The notes: generated by a model from the sequence alone, not told the origin. A stretch of 64,000 nt of DNA from Candidatus Marinacidobacterales bacterium (GCA_965219415.1 CBDCNP010000002.1:5248001-5312000); one strand, 5' to 3'; counted from the first letter of the stretch, positions 43,469 to 55,277 are shown. Made by a program: numbers and translations.

Positions 43469-44535
43469 CTAACTTCGCGTCGCCGCGTTGTCTCGGGCTC
43501 GCCTTGCAAGCGTCGTACCCACCAGCGCGCCCACCGCGCCCGCCAGGAAGCCGGCCGGAACATCGATCCCGTGATGGTAGCGAGTGTACACGCAGGCGAG
43601 ACTCATACCTGCGGCAAAAAAGCCAAGCACGAAAGAGGCGCGCCGATGAAACGGCGCCAAGCCGAAGACCATTCCCCAACTGGCCGCAACGTGCGAACTG
43701 GGGAAGCAACCGCCCGAAACCGCGCCTCGTTCGATGATCCATTCGATAATCGGCGTAAAAGCGATGCCCTCGAACGGCTTGAGCCCCGCCATCAATTCTG
43801 GGTTCTCCCAGGGCCCCCCGGGCGGGAAGCCAGGGATACCAGATGAAACAAAGAAAAAAGGCAAGCATCATGGAAGTGATGGCGCCTTCGAACCCAGGAC
43901 CGGGCTCACCTTTTGTGCCTTTGGGCCCGAACCACGCGACCGTCACGCCGCCGATGAGAATCAAGTAATACGAAAAGTAAAAGCCGTACAGGATCTCATC
44001 CTGGGGTAGCCCGACCCAGCCCGACATCAGGAGCGCGGGCAGGTCGCCGAACAGCCACTGGTCCGCCGCATAGAGCTTCGGCTCGAACCAGTAAGGCGAC
44101 CCGGGGGCGATCGCGTTGACCGTCTGCTGGACTTCCTCGAAGTAGAGCACGACCAGGAGCAACGGATAGCTGTATCGGAGGAACCGGGCGCCTCCGCGAA
44201 CCATCTTCCGCCATATCGGCTCACTCGGTGGTGCCAGCTCCCAACGCGCCCCGCGCGGGGGAAGAATGAAGACCACGAACACCACCAGAGCGTGCAGTGC
44301 GAGAATGGGTAAGGGGTCGGCGATGTTGTTATAGCAAGCAAGGACGAGCAAGGCGGTCACCACCGTGTAGAGAATGACCGCGCCGTTCAACGCCGTCCAT
44401 GGTTGAATTCCTTTCCATCGAGTCTGCACGGATTCGTCGATCCTCGAAACTTCGGAGTCTACTATAGCGAAACCGCTCTGGGCTCTTTCACGCGCCAGGC
44501 GGTTCGTTTGTTGCGGCAAAGGCAGATCCTTCATC
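43469..44535 (-). pseudogene. PAP2/AUR1-like phosphatase (one frameshift near 43815; start uncertain)
   Basis: YFSYY, PARGP, CFPSSHVA, RYHHGID split over two frames. Confidence 0.8.
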
Positions 44536-44707
44536 ACAACCTCCCCGACCCCGGGTCTTGAACCTACCGGGGCGCGAATGTCTTCGAATATCCGGGCGGA
44601 TAGAGTCCTATCCGTTCGGATAGCGTCGTTAGTCAATCCGGTGAAACTTGAGCCGCGCTAAACGCTGGCCTGTTCGTCCGGCGACGAACTACGTTGCAAG
44701 CGCTATG

Positions 44708-45796
44708 CTGCCTTGGTGCACAATTCGCGATCTCGGTTCACAATTGTCCTGTACTCGCGGATACGAGGTTCCCCATGAGCATTTTCAAACGCACTCAGCG
44801 GAAGTATGTGAAGAAGGCCTATCGCGTGAGGAATTGGCGTGAATATGAGGCGGGTCTACGCAACCGCGGGAGCCTGACCGTCTGGATCTCGCTCACCGCC
44901 GGCAAGCTTGTGAACTGGGACGCGCCCCGGCCAAGGAGGAGGAAACCGGGCCGTCAACGCAAATACTCGAACCACGCCATCGAGACGGCTGTCACCCTGG
45001 GCATGGTGTTTCATCTGTCATCTAGGCAGAGCGAGGGATTGCTGCGGTCGTTGTTCGCTCTGATGAAGCTAGACAATGATGTGCCCGATCACACCACGAT
45101 CTCGAGGCGCAAGCCGAAGCTGGGTAAGGTCCCCTTCTACCCAGTCAAGCAGAAGACGCCGTTGCACATCTTGTTCGACAGCAGCGGTCTCGCTGTCCAC
45201 GCCGGCCAGCTGCGCAGAGCACAAAAGAGCAGGGACTATCGCAAGCTCCATCTGTGTGTCGACGAGCAGAGTGGCGAAGTCGTCGCCGGCGAGCTGACGA
45301 GCAAAAGAGCCCGCGATTCATCGCGGGTTGCATCGCTTGTCGGACAGATCGACAGTCCCATCTCATCGGCCAGAGCTGACACCGCATACGACGCCGGCGG
45401 CGTCTATGAGGCAATCGAGAATCACAGCGCTCATCGCTCGCCGAGGGTGCTGATACCGCCGCGCAAGGGCGCCCTGCTCGCATCGGGGCCGGCGAGCAGC
45501 CGACAGCGCAATCGCAACATTGCAGCACAAGCTCGGCTCGGCAAACGAAAGTGGCACACAGAATCGGGCTACAGCAAACGGAACAAAGTCGAGACAACGT
45601 TCCATCGCTACAAGGCTATCGTGGGCTCAGCGATGCGAGCGAGAGGGTTGGCGGCACAGAGAGGTGAGGCAAGGATCGGGTGCAAGATTCTCAACACCAT
45701 GACGGCGCTCGGGATGCCTGATAGCGAGATGATCGGATGATGGGAGTCGGAGCCAAGCGAGCTCTCGGCCTCTATCGGAGTTGTGCACCAAGGCAG
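44708..45796 (+). mobile_element. IS5-family (IS903-like) element, no TSD
   Basis: TIR CTGCCTTGGTGCACAAYTC at both ends. Confidence 0.9.
44775..45740 (+). CDS. IS5-family transposase
   Basis: YRVRNWREYEAGLRNRGSLTVW, PDHTTISRR, DSSGL, RKLHL, ADTAYD, GYSKRNKVET. Confidence 0.92.
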   Translation: MSIFKRTQRKYVKKAYRVRNWREYEAGLRNRGSLTVWISLTAGKLVNWDAPRPRRRKPGRQRKYSNHAIETAVTLGMVFHLSSRQSEGLLRSLFALMKLDNDVPDHTTISRRKPKLGKVPFYPVKQKTPLHILFDSSGLAVHAGQLRRAQKSRDYRKLHLCVDEQSGEVVAGELTSKRARDSSRVASLVGQIDSPISSARADTAYDAGGVYEAIENHSAHRSPRVLIPPRKGALLASGPASSRQRNRNIAAQARLGKRKWHTESGYSKRNKVETTFHRYKAIVGSAMRARGLAAQRGEARIGCKILNTMTALGMPDSEMIG

Positions 45797-45968
45797 GTCG
45801 AGGCCACCAATTAGGTTGAGCAAAGTGCTCTTTCCCGAGCCCGAAGCCCCATCAACGCCAGGAACTCGCCATCCGGGATATTCAGGTCGAGCCCCTCCAG
45901 CACGTGGATCTCCTCCGAGCCACGGCGGAAGTATTTCGTGACTCCTTTGACTTCAACTAGATTCCCAT
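45797..45968 (-). pseudogene. ABC transporter ATPase N-terminal stub
   Basis: MGNLVEVKGVTKYFRRG..EIHVL.GLDL.I..GEFLALMG, GKSTLLNLIGGLD; cut at IS5 end. Confidence 0.8.
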
Positions 45969-45977
45969 TGCTTGCAC

Positions 45978-47192
45978 TCATCGACTGCGCTCCTCTACCC
46001 GTTCTCCATCTGCCAGTTCGTCTGGTCCTTCTACCACCACGCTCTCTCCGGGCGAGATCCCGGAAAGAACCAGCGCTTCCCCGTCTTCAATCGTTCCCAG
46101 CCTCACCGCGCGTCGCTCGACCTGTCCATCACGAACGACGAAGACCACGTCTCGACCTTCGTCGCGGCTAACGGCTCCCTTCGGAATCCTGACCGCGCTG
46201 CCACCGGCTTGCTCCGCTTCGTCGCCCTGGAATGCCACCTTGACTCCCATGTCCGGAAGAACGCGCGGATCGAGCTCGTCAAACCCAATGCGCACTCGCA
46301 CGGTCGCGCGATCGCGATCGGCGGTCGGGACGATGGCGATGACGTGACTCGGAATGCGCCAGGTTGGGTAAGCGTCGAGCGTAGCTTCGACCGTTTGCCC
46401 CGCTTGAACACGATTGATGTAGCTCTCGTTGACGTCGACCTCGATCTCGAGTGAACTCATGTCGACAACGGTCCCGATCCCGGTCCGGGTGAACCCTCCG
46501 CCGGCCGAGACCGGAGAGATCATCTCGCCCGGCTGTGCATTTTTGGTGGTGACGACGCCGTCGAAGGGCGCGCGGATGATCGTATCTTCCAGCTGTTGAT
46601 TCCACACCGCAATGCGTCTCTCCGCGACCGTTTCTTCTTCGCCCTGTCTCGCCATGCGCGCCTCGATGACGTCGACGCTGGCCTGCACCCGATCGAGCTC
46701 CGCTTGACTGACCACCGAATCCGCGACGAGCGCCTTGGTCCGATCGAGATTCAGATTCGCTTCGGCGAGCCGGACTTTCGTTTCCTCGAGTGCGGTTTTG
46801 ACCGCTACCAGCTCCGCGCGAGCCAGCCGAAAGCTGGCATCGACGTTGGTGGTGTCGAGACGCGCCAGGACTTGGCCTTCCTCGACGACCATGCCTTCTT
46901 CGATCAGCACCTCGAGAACCTTGGCCGTCACTTTGGAGGAAACGGTTGCCCGCCGACGCGCCGTCACATAACCGGATGCGTTCAGCACCGTCTGGCCCTC
47001 GCCGAGCTGAACTTCCTGTGCCAGCGCGGTAATCACTTCCGCTCCCATCGCCCGCGTCATCCACCATACGAGGGCCGCGACGACGAGGAACGCGCCGAAG
47101 AGCGCGAACCAAAGCCAGGATCGCGATAGATCTTCTACAATCGAAGAACGATCGATTCGCAAATCGTCAAGCGAGGATTTTCTCTCGGTCAT
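45978..47192 (-). CDS. Efflux periplasmic adaptor (MFP/MacA-like)
   Basis: LNASGYVTARR.ATVSSK, IRAPFDGVV, EIEVDVNE, LPDMGVKV. Confidence 0.92.
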   Translation of the reverse strand: MTERKSSLDDLRIDRSSIVEDLSRSWLWFALFGAFLVVAALVWWMTRAMGAEVITALAQEVQLGEGQTVLNASGYVTARRRATVSSKVTAKVLEVLIEEGMVVEEGQVLARLDTTNVDASFRLARAELVAVKTALEETKVRLAEANLNLDRTKALVADSVVSQAELDRVQASVDVIEARMARQGEEETVAERRIAVWNQQLEDTIIRAPFDGVVTTKNAQPGEMISPVSAGGGFTRTGIGTVVDMSSLEIEVDVNESYINRVQAGQTVEATLDAYPTWRIPSHVIAIVPTADRDRATVRVRIGFDELDPRVLPDMGVKVAFQGDEAEQAGGSAVRIPKGAVSRDEGRDVVFVVRDGQVERRAVRLGTIEDGEALVLSGISPGESVVVEGPDELADGERVEERSR

Positions 47193-47299
47193 GGCGGGCA
47201 CCGTCCAATCTTTCATCATAGCGATTCGCCAGAATGGGCGCCAGGAACGAATACCGGCGACTTCTGCCAAGAGTTTCCGGCCAAGCGCCTTACCCTTTA

Positions 47300-48790
47300 C
47301 CGCGAGACGACGTCGCTCGTCGTAGGCTGCTATCGCCTACTTGCTCGAAGAGAACAGAGTCCTCAAGGCTCGGCTTTGCGGGAGGAAGCTTCGTCTCACA
47401 GAAGTTCTGCGAGTTCGTGGTGGAATGGCGAAGTCGAATCCGAGGTGGGGGTATACACGCATTCGCGGCGCCTCTCGAATCTCGGCGATACCGTAGCCAG
47501 GAGCACCATCGCCAATATTCTGCGGGAACATGGCATCGAGCCCGCGCCGGATAGAGGTGAGCGGACGCCGTGGCGCACGTTTCTCGCCGCCCATTGGGGA
47601 ACCGTTGCTGCGACTGACTTCTTCACCATTGAGATCGCCACGGTCCGCAGGCTTGTGACCTACCATGTGCTCGTCGTCATCGAGCTGTCTTCGCGAAAAG
47701 TACACATTGCTGGAATCACTCCCCGGCCGGACGGCGCGTTCATGATGCAGGTCGGTCGGAATCTCACCAACCCCGTCCTGTGCCAAAACTCGGCCCTTTT
47801 GAAATAGGCCATAAATCAGCAACTTAGTGTCTGTGTTTGCGACCGGGCCAAGGGCCGTGGGCTTTACAATCGTCTTGGGCGGGCGGGTCGTCACCATGCA
47901 GATGATCACCTAGTCGAGAGCGAATATCGAAGCGTGTGCCTGAAGCTGTTTCCACGCTACGCTGGTCGAGCGCACCGAGGGGCTACCGTCGCCGGCGACC
48001 ATCTACGCGGCACGGCAGTAGTAGTTGAGAATGCCCCCAAGTCGCTCTCGCGACACGATGGGGCCAGCGTGTCATTCGCGCTTGCCGGCAGAGGTGTGAG
48101 GAGCTCGTTGCCGAGACCTTGGTGGTTCCGTTCTGTGTGATAGTGCACTACGTATTCGGTTACCGCTGTGCGCAGGTGTCGCTCACTGAGAGGTACGAAG
48201 CGGTCGAGACACTCTCGACGTATGGAGAGAACGAATCTTTCCGCATATGCGTTCAGATTCGAACTATTCGCGGGAAGGCGAAGGGGCTTCACGCCTGATT
48301 GTTCGGCGCGATCTTGTGGCCCAGGTTGGCCATAGCTCCTTGGATTCGAGCGTAGCCCCAAGACGGGCTCGACTTGGCCATGCGCACGACCAACTCCTCG
48401 ATTTCCGACGAGATGGGCGGACGCCCCGTTTGACGACGAGGGTACGTCCATTTCCTCGCGATGAGCTCACGGTGCCATCGGAGAAGCGTATCCGGGGTGA
48501 CCAGAGTTGCCACTTCCCCGAGGAGTTTCCGTCCAAGCTCTTTCCCCTTGGCCGCAAGCCGTCGACGCTGCTCGTCGCTCAAGCGCAACCGCTGACCGAG
48601 CTGCGCCTTCAAAACACGGTTCTCCTCCTGCAGATACTCAAGGATCTTCTGCTGCTCCTGGTTCAGCCAACCGGCCAGGAGCGAGACCAGGAAGATTTGT
48701 GGCGAGACAAATGGGCTCATCGCAAGCATCGTAGCCGAAGTCACTTACGGCTGCGAAAGATGACCGGCTGAGTTTTTGCACCATAAGAGG
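47300..48790. mobile_element. Cluster of rve-family fragments in both orientations with type D and other termini
   Basis: 47300-47770 (+) core, 47771-48296 (-) C-terminus and end, 48297-48790 (-) N-terminus. Confidence 0.8.
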
Positions 48791-48829
48791 TCAGCCATTT
48801 GCTCCGGGCCGTGCAACAACGCCTTCCGT

Positions 48830-48908
48830 AGGCCCTTTCAGGCCGTGTTTAGCGACGCGGAAGGTTACTCCGCCTTTACTTCATTTCCACACCTTTTGAG
48901 GGTAGCTC
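48830..48908 (-). mobile_element. Solo left end of the IS256 found at 25106
   Basis: GAGCTACCCTCAAAAGGTGTGGAAAT...GGCGGAGTAACCTTCCGCGTC. Confidence 0.8.
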
Positions 48909-49090
48909 TTGCAACAACATCTGCGGGTACCCTACGCCATACAATTAGATTTTCTGGAGGCGCAGGAGCTGTTAGTAGTGTTACCTGCAAGCGTGCTCCC
49001 TCGTCACTAAATGCAATGCCTTTTCGCCATAATGCCTTTGGCTCGCGAGCGGCTCGACTCGGACCCTTCATGTTGGCCCGTACAGCGACC

Positions 49091-49613
49091 GGTGCTTCCG
49101 CAATTAAGTGCTGGCGGCCAACCCCTAACCCGTCTGCGTGCTAGAGTTAGAGCCAGAATTCTGAAGACACAGTTCTCTCATCGTCAGGGCCGAGCCGAAG
49201 TGAAGAATCGCAGATGTCTCAATCCCGCATGTCCGTCGTATGGAAAAGTCGGTTCCAGAAGTATTATTCACAACGGATTCTACAGAACAAGGTCCGGGAA
49301 ACGCCGTCGATACCGGTGCGGCGAGTGCGGAAAGACGTTCTCTTCGACGAAAGGCACGCCCTACTACCGTCTCCAACATCGAAGAGCTACTTTCGATGGG
49401 GTCATCGCTCTCAGAGTCGAGGGTGTCAGCATTTCCTCGATTTTCCGGATCAAAGGGATTGCCTGGAACACCGTCGCCCGCTGGCTCGAGAAGGCAGCCC
49501 AAGTGTGTCGTCGATTCAATCACAGAAGGATCGCTGGCTTCGCTGCCAAAGAGCTTCAAGCCGACGAGATTAGCACGTCCGCGGGCAACAAGAAGACGCC
49601 GAGTTGGGTCTTC
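49091..49613 (+). pseudogene. IS1-family copy 3, 5' half
   Basis: Left TIR and transposase up to TPSWVF. Confidence 0.9.
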
Positions 49614-50552
49614 CAACATGCGCTCGGCGGCATCCGGGTTTTCGGCAAAATACTGGTAGGGCGCGCGGATCTCGTCCACCCACCAGAAACGAATGTCTCT
49701 TCGCGGACGAGGGAGCTTCCCTTCCTCGATCAAACGAGCGAGGCTACGGCCGATCTCGAGAAGACTGGCTCAACCCGAACGATTGTCGTTGGCCGAAGGT
49801 TTTTCTTCCTGGAGGTGCGCGACCAAGACAACTGCTGGTTGGCTCGGGTCGGTCCCTCGAATCCAACCTTCGACGATTCCTTTGGTCGACTCGCCGAATT
49901 CGGCATCGATGTTGACCTTCACCTCGATCGGTTCATCGGCCCGATCGAGCTTTTCGCGTAGTCTCTCGCCCTCACGCTCCGTGAGAATCCAGGCGAATGT
50001 GCTTGGGCTCTTGGTTTCTGGTGCTTGCTCAGAGATCCCGCGCCAGGGCATTTGGTCGGGATAGGCTCGACGTCGACTGCCGTAGCTGATGACGCCCGCC
50101 GCTCCCCGCTCCCAAACCGCCATACGGTGCACCGTACCCGGTTCTCCGGAAGCGAAAACAACCTTGTCCTTCACCTCTTGGCCTTCGTAGTCGGAATCCT
50201 TCATCCCCTCGCCGACATCCACCAGCGCAGCGGTCACTTCGGTCGAATGAGAATTGACCGCGACACGCAACGGCGTCTCGCGCACGTCACCGAGATTCAG
50301 CTCGAAGGGAGACAAGATACGAGCTTCACCGCTGCGGATGGTCCATCCTCTCGTAGGTTTGTTCAACGAGAGTGTTTCGACATCTTGGAGCCCAACCTCT
50401 TCCGCCGTGGCCGCTACCCACTTCGCGGAAAGACGAAACCAGACACGGAAGCCATAAAGCAGTTTAGCGGCATGATTCGACCGGATTACATAGATGTACA
50501 TCGTCTCCCGCTGTACCGCACCCAGAGAGGGGTTCAACACCGCTGTCCGCAT
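49614..50552 (-). pseudogene. M28-family peptidase with PA domain, N-terminal half (in-frame TGA at 49770)
   Basis: LVDVG.G....DY, GAAGVI, AHLQE..PSANDNRSG*ASLLE, IRFWWVDE. Confidence 0.8.
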
Positions 50553-50700
50553 GGCGCGCCGCCCGATTCGTCGGGGGGGGAGCGGACGGCAGCGGGTGCA
50601 ACCATGGTGAGCTCGACTGAGCGTCTCGACGCGTCGTACCAGTTTAGTTGGGGGAGTCGCTCATTGGAGGTCGCCAAACTCCGTTAACGGAGGCTTCCGG

Positions 50701-51633
50701 ATGGCAAGAACCAGGAAGGATTTGATGAGTGTAGTTGGCATTGCGAAGGACGTGTCCCTCGAGCAGGTGCCGACGAGTGAGCGTCCAAAGAAAAGCTCGG
50801 GGGGTAGATCCGCTTCCTTCCGTCGAGCTCCTGCGTGGCAGGTGGTGGCGCTGATCAGCATGTCGTTTCTCCTCCTCATAACCATCGGGGTGGCGTTCTA
50901 CGCGTTTCATCGGGTCGGCGAGCTGAATCAAGAACTTGGGCTGAGCGTGCATCGAGTAGAGCAAAAGCTTCAGAGTCTCGATGCCGGCATCAGCTTCGAT
51001 TCCAAAAGACAGCAACTCTTGATCGGGATCCGTGATGAAATCATGAAGGCCAACCCGAGAGTCAGTCTCAATCAGGCCTACGAGTACTCGCGGCTCATAC
51101 TGCAGGCATCCGACAAATATCCCGCCGTGGACCCGCTCATTTTTCTCGCGGTGGAGATAGTCGAAAGCGGTTACAACCCATCGGCCACCAGCCACGCGAA
51201 CGCCAAGGGTCTCTATCAGATATGGCCTTCCACCGGACGGATGCTGGCCCGAACGCTCAACTGGGAGTACTCCGACAAAATGCTGTACGACCCGGAGAAG
51301 AACACGGAGATGGCCGCTCTCTATTTGGACATACTTTTCACCGCTTACAACGATGAACGGATGGTGCTCGCCGAGTACAACGGTGGACCACTCAACGCCG
51401 GGTATCTTCGCGCCGGCAGCAGTCGAGCGGCGGCGGAGACACGGGACTATGTCATGAAAGTCGGGGATGTCTACGATCGCCTCCAAAACAAGTTCGAACG
51501 AGGCATCGACGTCCGCCTCGAGCCCATGCACCGTGACGGAGAGCGGGATGGGAAACTACTCGGTCGGCAGAGCCAAACGGCCAAGAAGAGCTATCGCGAA
51601 GTCGCGGACGCTGCGGCGTCGGGAATGCGATAG
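50701..51633 (+). CDS. Membrane-anchored lytic transglycosylase (SLT domain)
   Basis: VDP..LA...VESGYNP.A.S...AKGLYQI, LYDPEKN, LAEYNGG, ETRDYV. Confidence 0.92.
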   Translation: MARTRKDLMSVVGIAKDVSLEQVPTSERPKKSSGGRSASFRRAPAWQVVALISMSFLLLITIGVAFYAFHRVGELNQELGLSVHRVEQKLQSLDAGISFDSKRQQLLIGIRDEIMKANPRVSLNQAYEYSRLILQASDKYPAVDPLIFLAVEIVESGYNPSATSHANAKGLYQIWPSTGRMLARTLNWEYSDKMLYDPEKNTEMAALYLDILFTAYNDERMVLAEYNGGPLNAGYLRAGSSRAAAETRDYVMKVGDVYDRLQNKFERGIDVRLEPMHRDGERDGKLLGRQSQTAKKSYREVADAAASGMR

Positions 51634-51665
51634 CTGGTTCGTACTGGAGCCCGACGACTGGATGA

Positions 51666-51691
51666 GGGGGGCCGCAAGGCCCCCTTTTTTT
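51666..51691 (+). terminator. Rho-independent terminator
   Basis: GGGGGCC-GCAA-GGCCCCC followed by T7. Confidence 0.85.
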
Positions 51692-51717
51692 GTCTTGTTG
51701 CTGCCGGGTCTAGGCAC

Positions 51718-52782
51718 TTAGCACACCCCGTCGGTTCGCAAGCCTTCGACTTCGCTCGGAATGACGCCGATCTCCTCGAGCAGGATCAGGGTATGCTCTC
51801 CCAGCTCCGGAGCGGGTTCCCCGGAGTCGGCGGGCCGGGCAAAGGGTACCGCTAACTCGGGATCGAACATCCGCCGGTGCGAAACCTGCGGGTGAGATAG
51901 GGCTTCCCCCGGGTTTCGAACCAGCTCCACACAGGCATCCCTGCCCTCGAAGACCGCTTGCCATTCCGCCGCGTCCTTTCCGGCCACAACCTCCGCGACT
52001 TCTTGCCGTGCCGTCGGGTCACCGATGCGGTTCGACCAAGTCCGGCCTCTGGATGCCTTCACAGAAAACCCCCCCAAACTTCGGCTCGAACGCACCCACG
52101 GACAACCACCGCCCATCGCGGGTTTCATAAAGGCCATAGTTCGGAAAGCGATCGGAAAGTACCTCGCCGATCGGAGACATCGCGAGAGCCAGCAGGGAGA
52201 CGACGCCGTCCACCATGGCGAGGTCGATATAGCTGCCCTTGCCGCTGGTAGCCGACTTGTGAAGACCGGCGACCAAGGCGAGCGCCCCATAGAGACCGCC
52301 CCCAGCGAGGTCGGCGAACTGAATCCGCGGAACCTCTTCCCGCAGTGCTCCCGCCACCGCCATGTAGTTGATGTCGTGCCCAGCCCTGCTCCGGTAAGGA
52401 CCGTGCTGACCGTAGCCAGTAATCGAGAGGTAAACGAGTCGAGGGTTTTTTTTCGTCAGAGTCTCAAAGCCCAGCCCCAAACGCTCCATGACTCCTGGGC
52501 GGAAGCCCTCTATCAAGGCGTCCGAACGCTCCGCGAGGCGAAGCAGGAGGCTTCGCCCTCGATCCGACTTGAGGTTTGGCGTCAGACTCTTCTTGCCGCG
52601 ATTAAGTCGTCGGAACGCAATTTCATCCAGACCGCGCAGAGGATCCCCCGCCTCCGGGTTCTTCGACCTTGATGACCTCTGCGCCGAACTCCGACGCCAA
52701 CAGGCTGCAAAACGGACCGGGCGCGTAACGACTCAAGTCGAGGACGCGGGTGCCGCGAAGAAGTGACCGCATCTGTCGTCAC
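51718..52782 (-). pseudogene. CaiB/BaiF CoA-transferase (frameshifted)
   Basis: RVLDLSR, EGFRPGVMERLGLG, SITGYGQ.GPY..RAGHDINY, APELGEHT in different frames. Confidence 0.85.
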
Positions 52783-54092
52783 TCCGTCTCCACGACCATA
52801 CTGAAACCCAAGCCACCCGCCGCACATACTTCAATGAGTCCGAACCGTTTGCGCCGTCGCCTGAGCTCGTTTAGAAGACTCAGCGTGATACGTGCTCCGG
52901 TCGCCGCGAAGGGATGACCAATCGCAATCGAGCCCCCTGTCACATTGAGCCGATCCAAGTCCACCTGTCCCAATGGTTCCGATCGCCCCAACCTATCTCG
53001 AGCGAACGTTGCCGACTCGAAGGCTTGGAGCACGGAAAGAACTTGCGCGGCGAATGCCTCGTGAAGATCGATGAGGTCCATGTCGCCAAGGGTGAGTCCG
53101 GCCCTTCGGAGCGCGGTCGGAGTGCTCAAGGCAGGACCGATGAGTAGCTGATCGAAGGGATCGACTCCACAGAATGCGTAGGACCGAATGTAACCGAGGG
53201 GGCGGTAGCCTAGGGCCTTGGCCTTCTCTTCGGACATGAGCAGCATAGCCGCCGCACCGTCGGTCAGTGGGCTGGAGTTGCCAGCGGTGAGGCTTCCATA
53301 GCGGCGATCGAACACGGGGCGGAGAGAACCGAGCGCTTCCAAAGAAGTATCTCGGCGGATACCGTCGTCTTCTCCCAACGACTTCGTGTATCGCGGAGGG
53401 ACATAGGCGCGGACGATCTCCTCGGGAAGTCTTCCGTCATCGGTCGCGGCGGCGGCGAGCCGGTGACTCCGCAAAGCAAACTCGTCCTGCGCTTCGCGAG
53501 AGATCCCATTCTCCTTCGCCATTTTCTCGGCCGACTGTCCCATGGTCAATCCAGTGGAGAGCTCGGCGATGGCTGGGGCGACCGGTGCGAGATCCTTCAG
53601 TCGCAGTCGCGAGAATCCCTTCAGCCGTCCGGCGAGCGTTTTCGCTTTGCGCGCCGCGAGGAGGGCGCGGGTCAAGGGTTTGGATACCAGGATCGGCACG
53701 TTCGAGAGCGATTCGGCTCCTCCCACGATCACGGTATCCGCCTGTCCCGATGCGATCGCCTCCGCCGCACCTACGATCGCTTGGTTCGAGGAAGCACACG
53801 CGCGCGACACGCTGTAGGCTTCGATAGTCGGTGGAAGCCCGACCCCAAGGACCACTTCGCGCGCCAAGTTGGTAGCCTTGACATCGGGCACCACCGTGCC
53901 AAGAACCACCTGATCGATCTCCCGGGGGTCGATTGCGCTTCTTTGAACGAGCTCCGCAGTGACCAATCGGCCAAGCTCCAGCGCCGATAGGTCGGCCAGC
54001 ATTCCCCCCGCTCTTGCGAAGGGCGTTCGACAGCCCGCAACGAAAGCCACCCTTCGCCGCTTGTTCAGACTGGCTCCGGTGTTCGCGCTCAC
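52779..54092 (-). CDS. fadI: Acetyl-CoA C-acyltransferase (FadI-type thiolase)
   Basis: GCRTPF, VSRACASS, TAGNSSPLTDGA, HEAFAAQ, GGSIAIGHPFAATG, CAAGGLG. Confidence 0.92.
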   Translation of the reverse strand: MSANTGASLNKRRRVAFVAGCRTPFARAGGMLADLSALELGRLVTAELVQRSAIDPREIDQVVLGTVVPDVKATNLAREVVLGVGLPPTIEAYSVSRACASSNQAIVGAAEAIASGQADTVIVGGAESLSNVPILVSKPLTRALLAARKAKTLAGRLKGFSRLRLKDLAPVAPAIAELSTGLTMGQSAEKMAKENGISREAQDEFALRSHRLAAAATDDGRLPEEIVRAYVPPRYTKSLGEDDGIRRDTSLEALGSLRPVFDRRYGSLTAGNSSPLTDGAAAMLLMSEEKAKALGYRPLGYIRSYAFCGVDPFDQLLIGPALSTPTALRRAGLTLGDMDLIDLHEAFAAQVLSVLQAFESATFARDRLGRSEPLGQVDLDRLNVTGGSIAIGHPFAATGARITLSLLNELRRRRKRFGLIEVCAAGGLGFSMVVETE

Positions 54093-54359
54093 GTGTAGAA
54101 GTCTCTCACAACCAACCTGCCTTCGCTCGTCAATTTGGGGACGACAAGACGAGCTTCGGCGAGGCGGGGCCTCGGTTCGCGCGCTATTATGGGATCGGCA
54201 GGCTGGGCGGGACGCTGGCTGACCGATCGGTAGGTGGCCTCGGCAGGGGTCAGGACGATTTGCCGTGGCTGGGCCCCTTGTGGTACGCTCTCACCTCAGG
54301 GTCTTTTGTCGCCCCGGCGACTCACCCAAAGCTCCCAAAGTACAGGTTAAAGGAGAGAT

Positions 54360-55277
54360 TTGATGATCAAGTGGTTAGCAGTGGCGATCATGGTCCTGCT
54401 GGCCGGCGGAGCGGTGGCACAGCAGCTCCCACCCGGTCACAAGGAGTTTAAGGAAGGCCAAGCGGCCATCAAAAAGAACGACATGGCTGGCGCGATCGTC
54501 GCCTTCGAGAAAGCACTGGCGGCGGATCCAGATATTTTCGCCAGTCACTACTTCTTGGGCTTCGCCTACCAGAGCAAGAAGAATTACCCCAAGACCGCCG
54601 AGCACTTTACGGCGTATCTCGACAAGGTGGGGGACAATTCCGAGGCCGCCGAGCAGATCGGTCATGCCACCCGCCAGGGCGGGCTTGCTTGGGCACGCAC
54701 CAAGAACTCCGCGAAGAGCATCCCTTATTTGGAGAAGGCTGCGGCCGCCAAGCCCAACGACAGAGAGGTTCACTACTACCTCGGCATGACGTTGATCAGA
54801 AACGGCCAGGAGGGCAAAGCCGAGCAGCACTTTTCGAAAGTGATCCAGCTCGATCCCAGCCTGCCGCGCCCGTACTATTTCGTCGGCCGAGTTGCCTTCA
54901 ATGCGGAGAAGTGGAGTGAGGCGCGACGGCTCCTCAGCAAGTATTTGGAGTTGAAGCCGGACGATAACTTTGCGGCCGACGCTCACTTCATGCTTGGCCA
55001 GATGGCGGTCAGGCAGGCCGAGGGCGCAGCAGATGCGGCCGCCCAAAACAACGCAGCGAAGATGCACCTCACCAAGTTCCTAGAGTTGAAACCCAACGCA
55101 CCACAAGCACCACAGGCTCACTACATCCTTGGGAGCCTCGCCGCCCAGAGCGAAGACACCGCGACGGCCACCGCCCACTTCCAGAAGTATCTCCAGTTGC
55201 AGCCGTCAGGCGCGCAGGCCGACGAGGTCAAGCAGTTCTTAGCGGATCTGAGCGAGGGTGAAGAAGAGGGTAGCTAG
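54360..55277 (+). CDS. Secreted TPR-repeat protein
   Basis: Signal peptide, repeated A...F.KA...DP / HY.LG helices. Confidence 0.85.
   Translation: MMIKWLAVAIMVLLAGGAVAQQLPPGHKEFKEGQAAIKKNDMAGAIVAFEKALAADPDIFASHYFLGFAYQSKKNYPKTAEHFTAYLDKVGDNSEAAEQIGHATRQGGLAWARTKNSAKSIPYLEKAAAAKPNDREVHYYLGMTLIRNGQEGKAEQHFSKVIQLDPSLPRPYYFVGRVAFNAEKWSEARRLLSKYLELKPDDNFAADAHFMLGQMAVRQAEGAADAAAQNNAAKMHLTKFLELKPNAPQAPQAHYILGSLAAQSEDTATATAHFQKYLQLQPSGAQADEVKQFLADLSEGEEEGS

Noticed and set aside
49770-49772. In-frame TGA at a probable Cys position (SG*ASLLE), possible selenocysteine
   Set aside because: The gene is already split by the inversion and damaged upstream, so a nonsense mutation is simpler; no SECIS established.
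49011-49961. 316-aa ORF extending the IS1 N-terminus
   Set aside because: Product of the inversion junction reading into the antisense strand of the peptidase.
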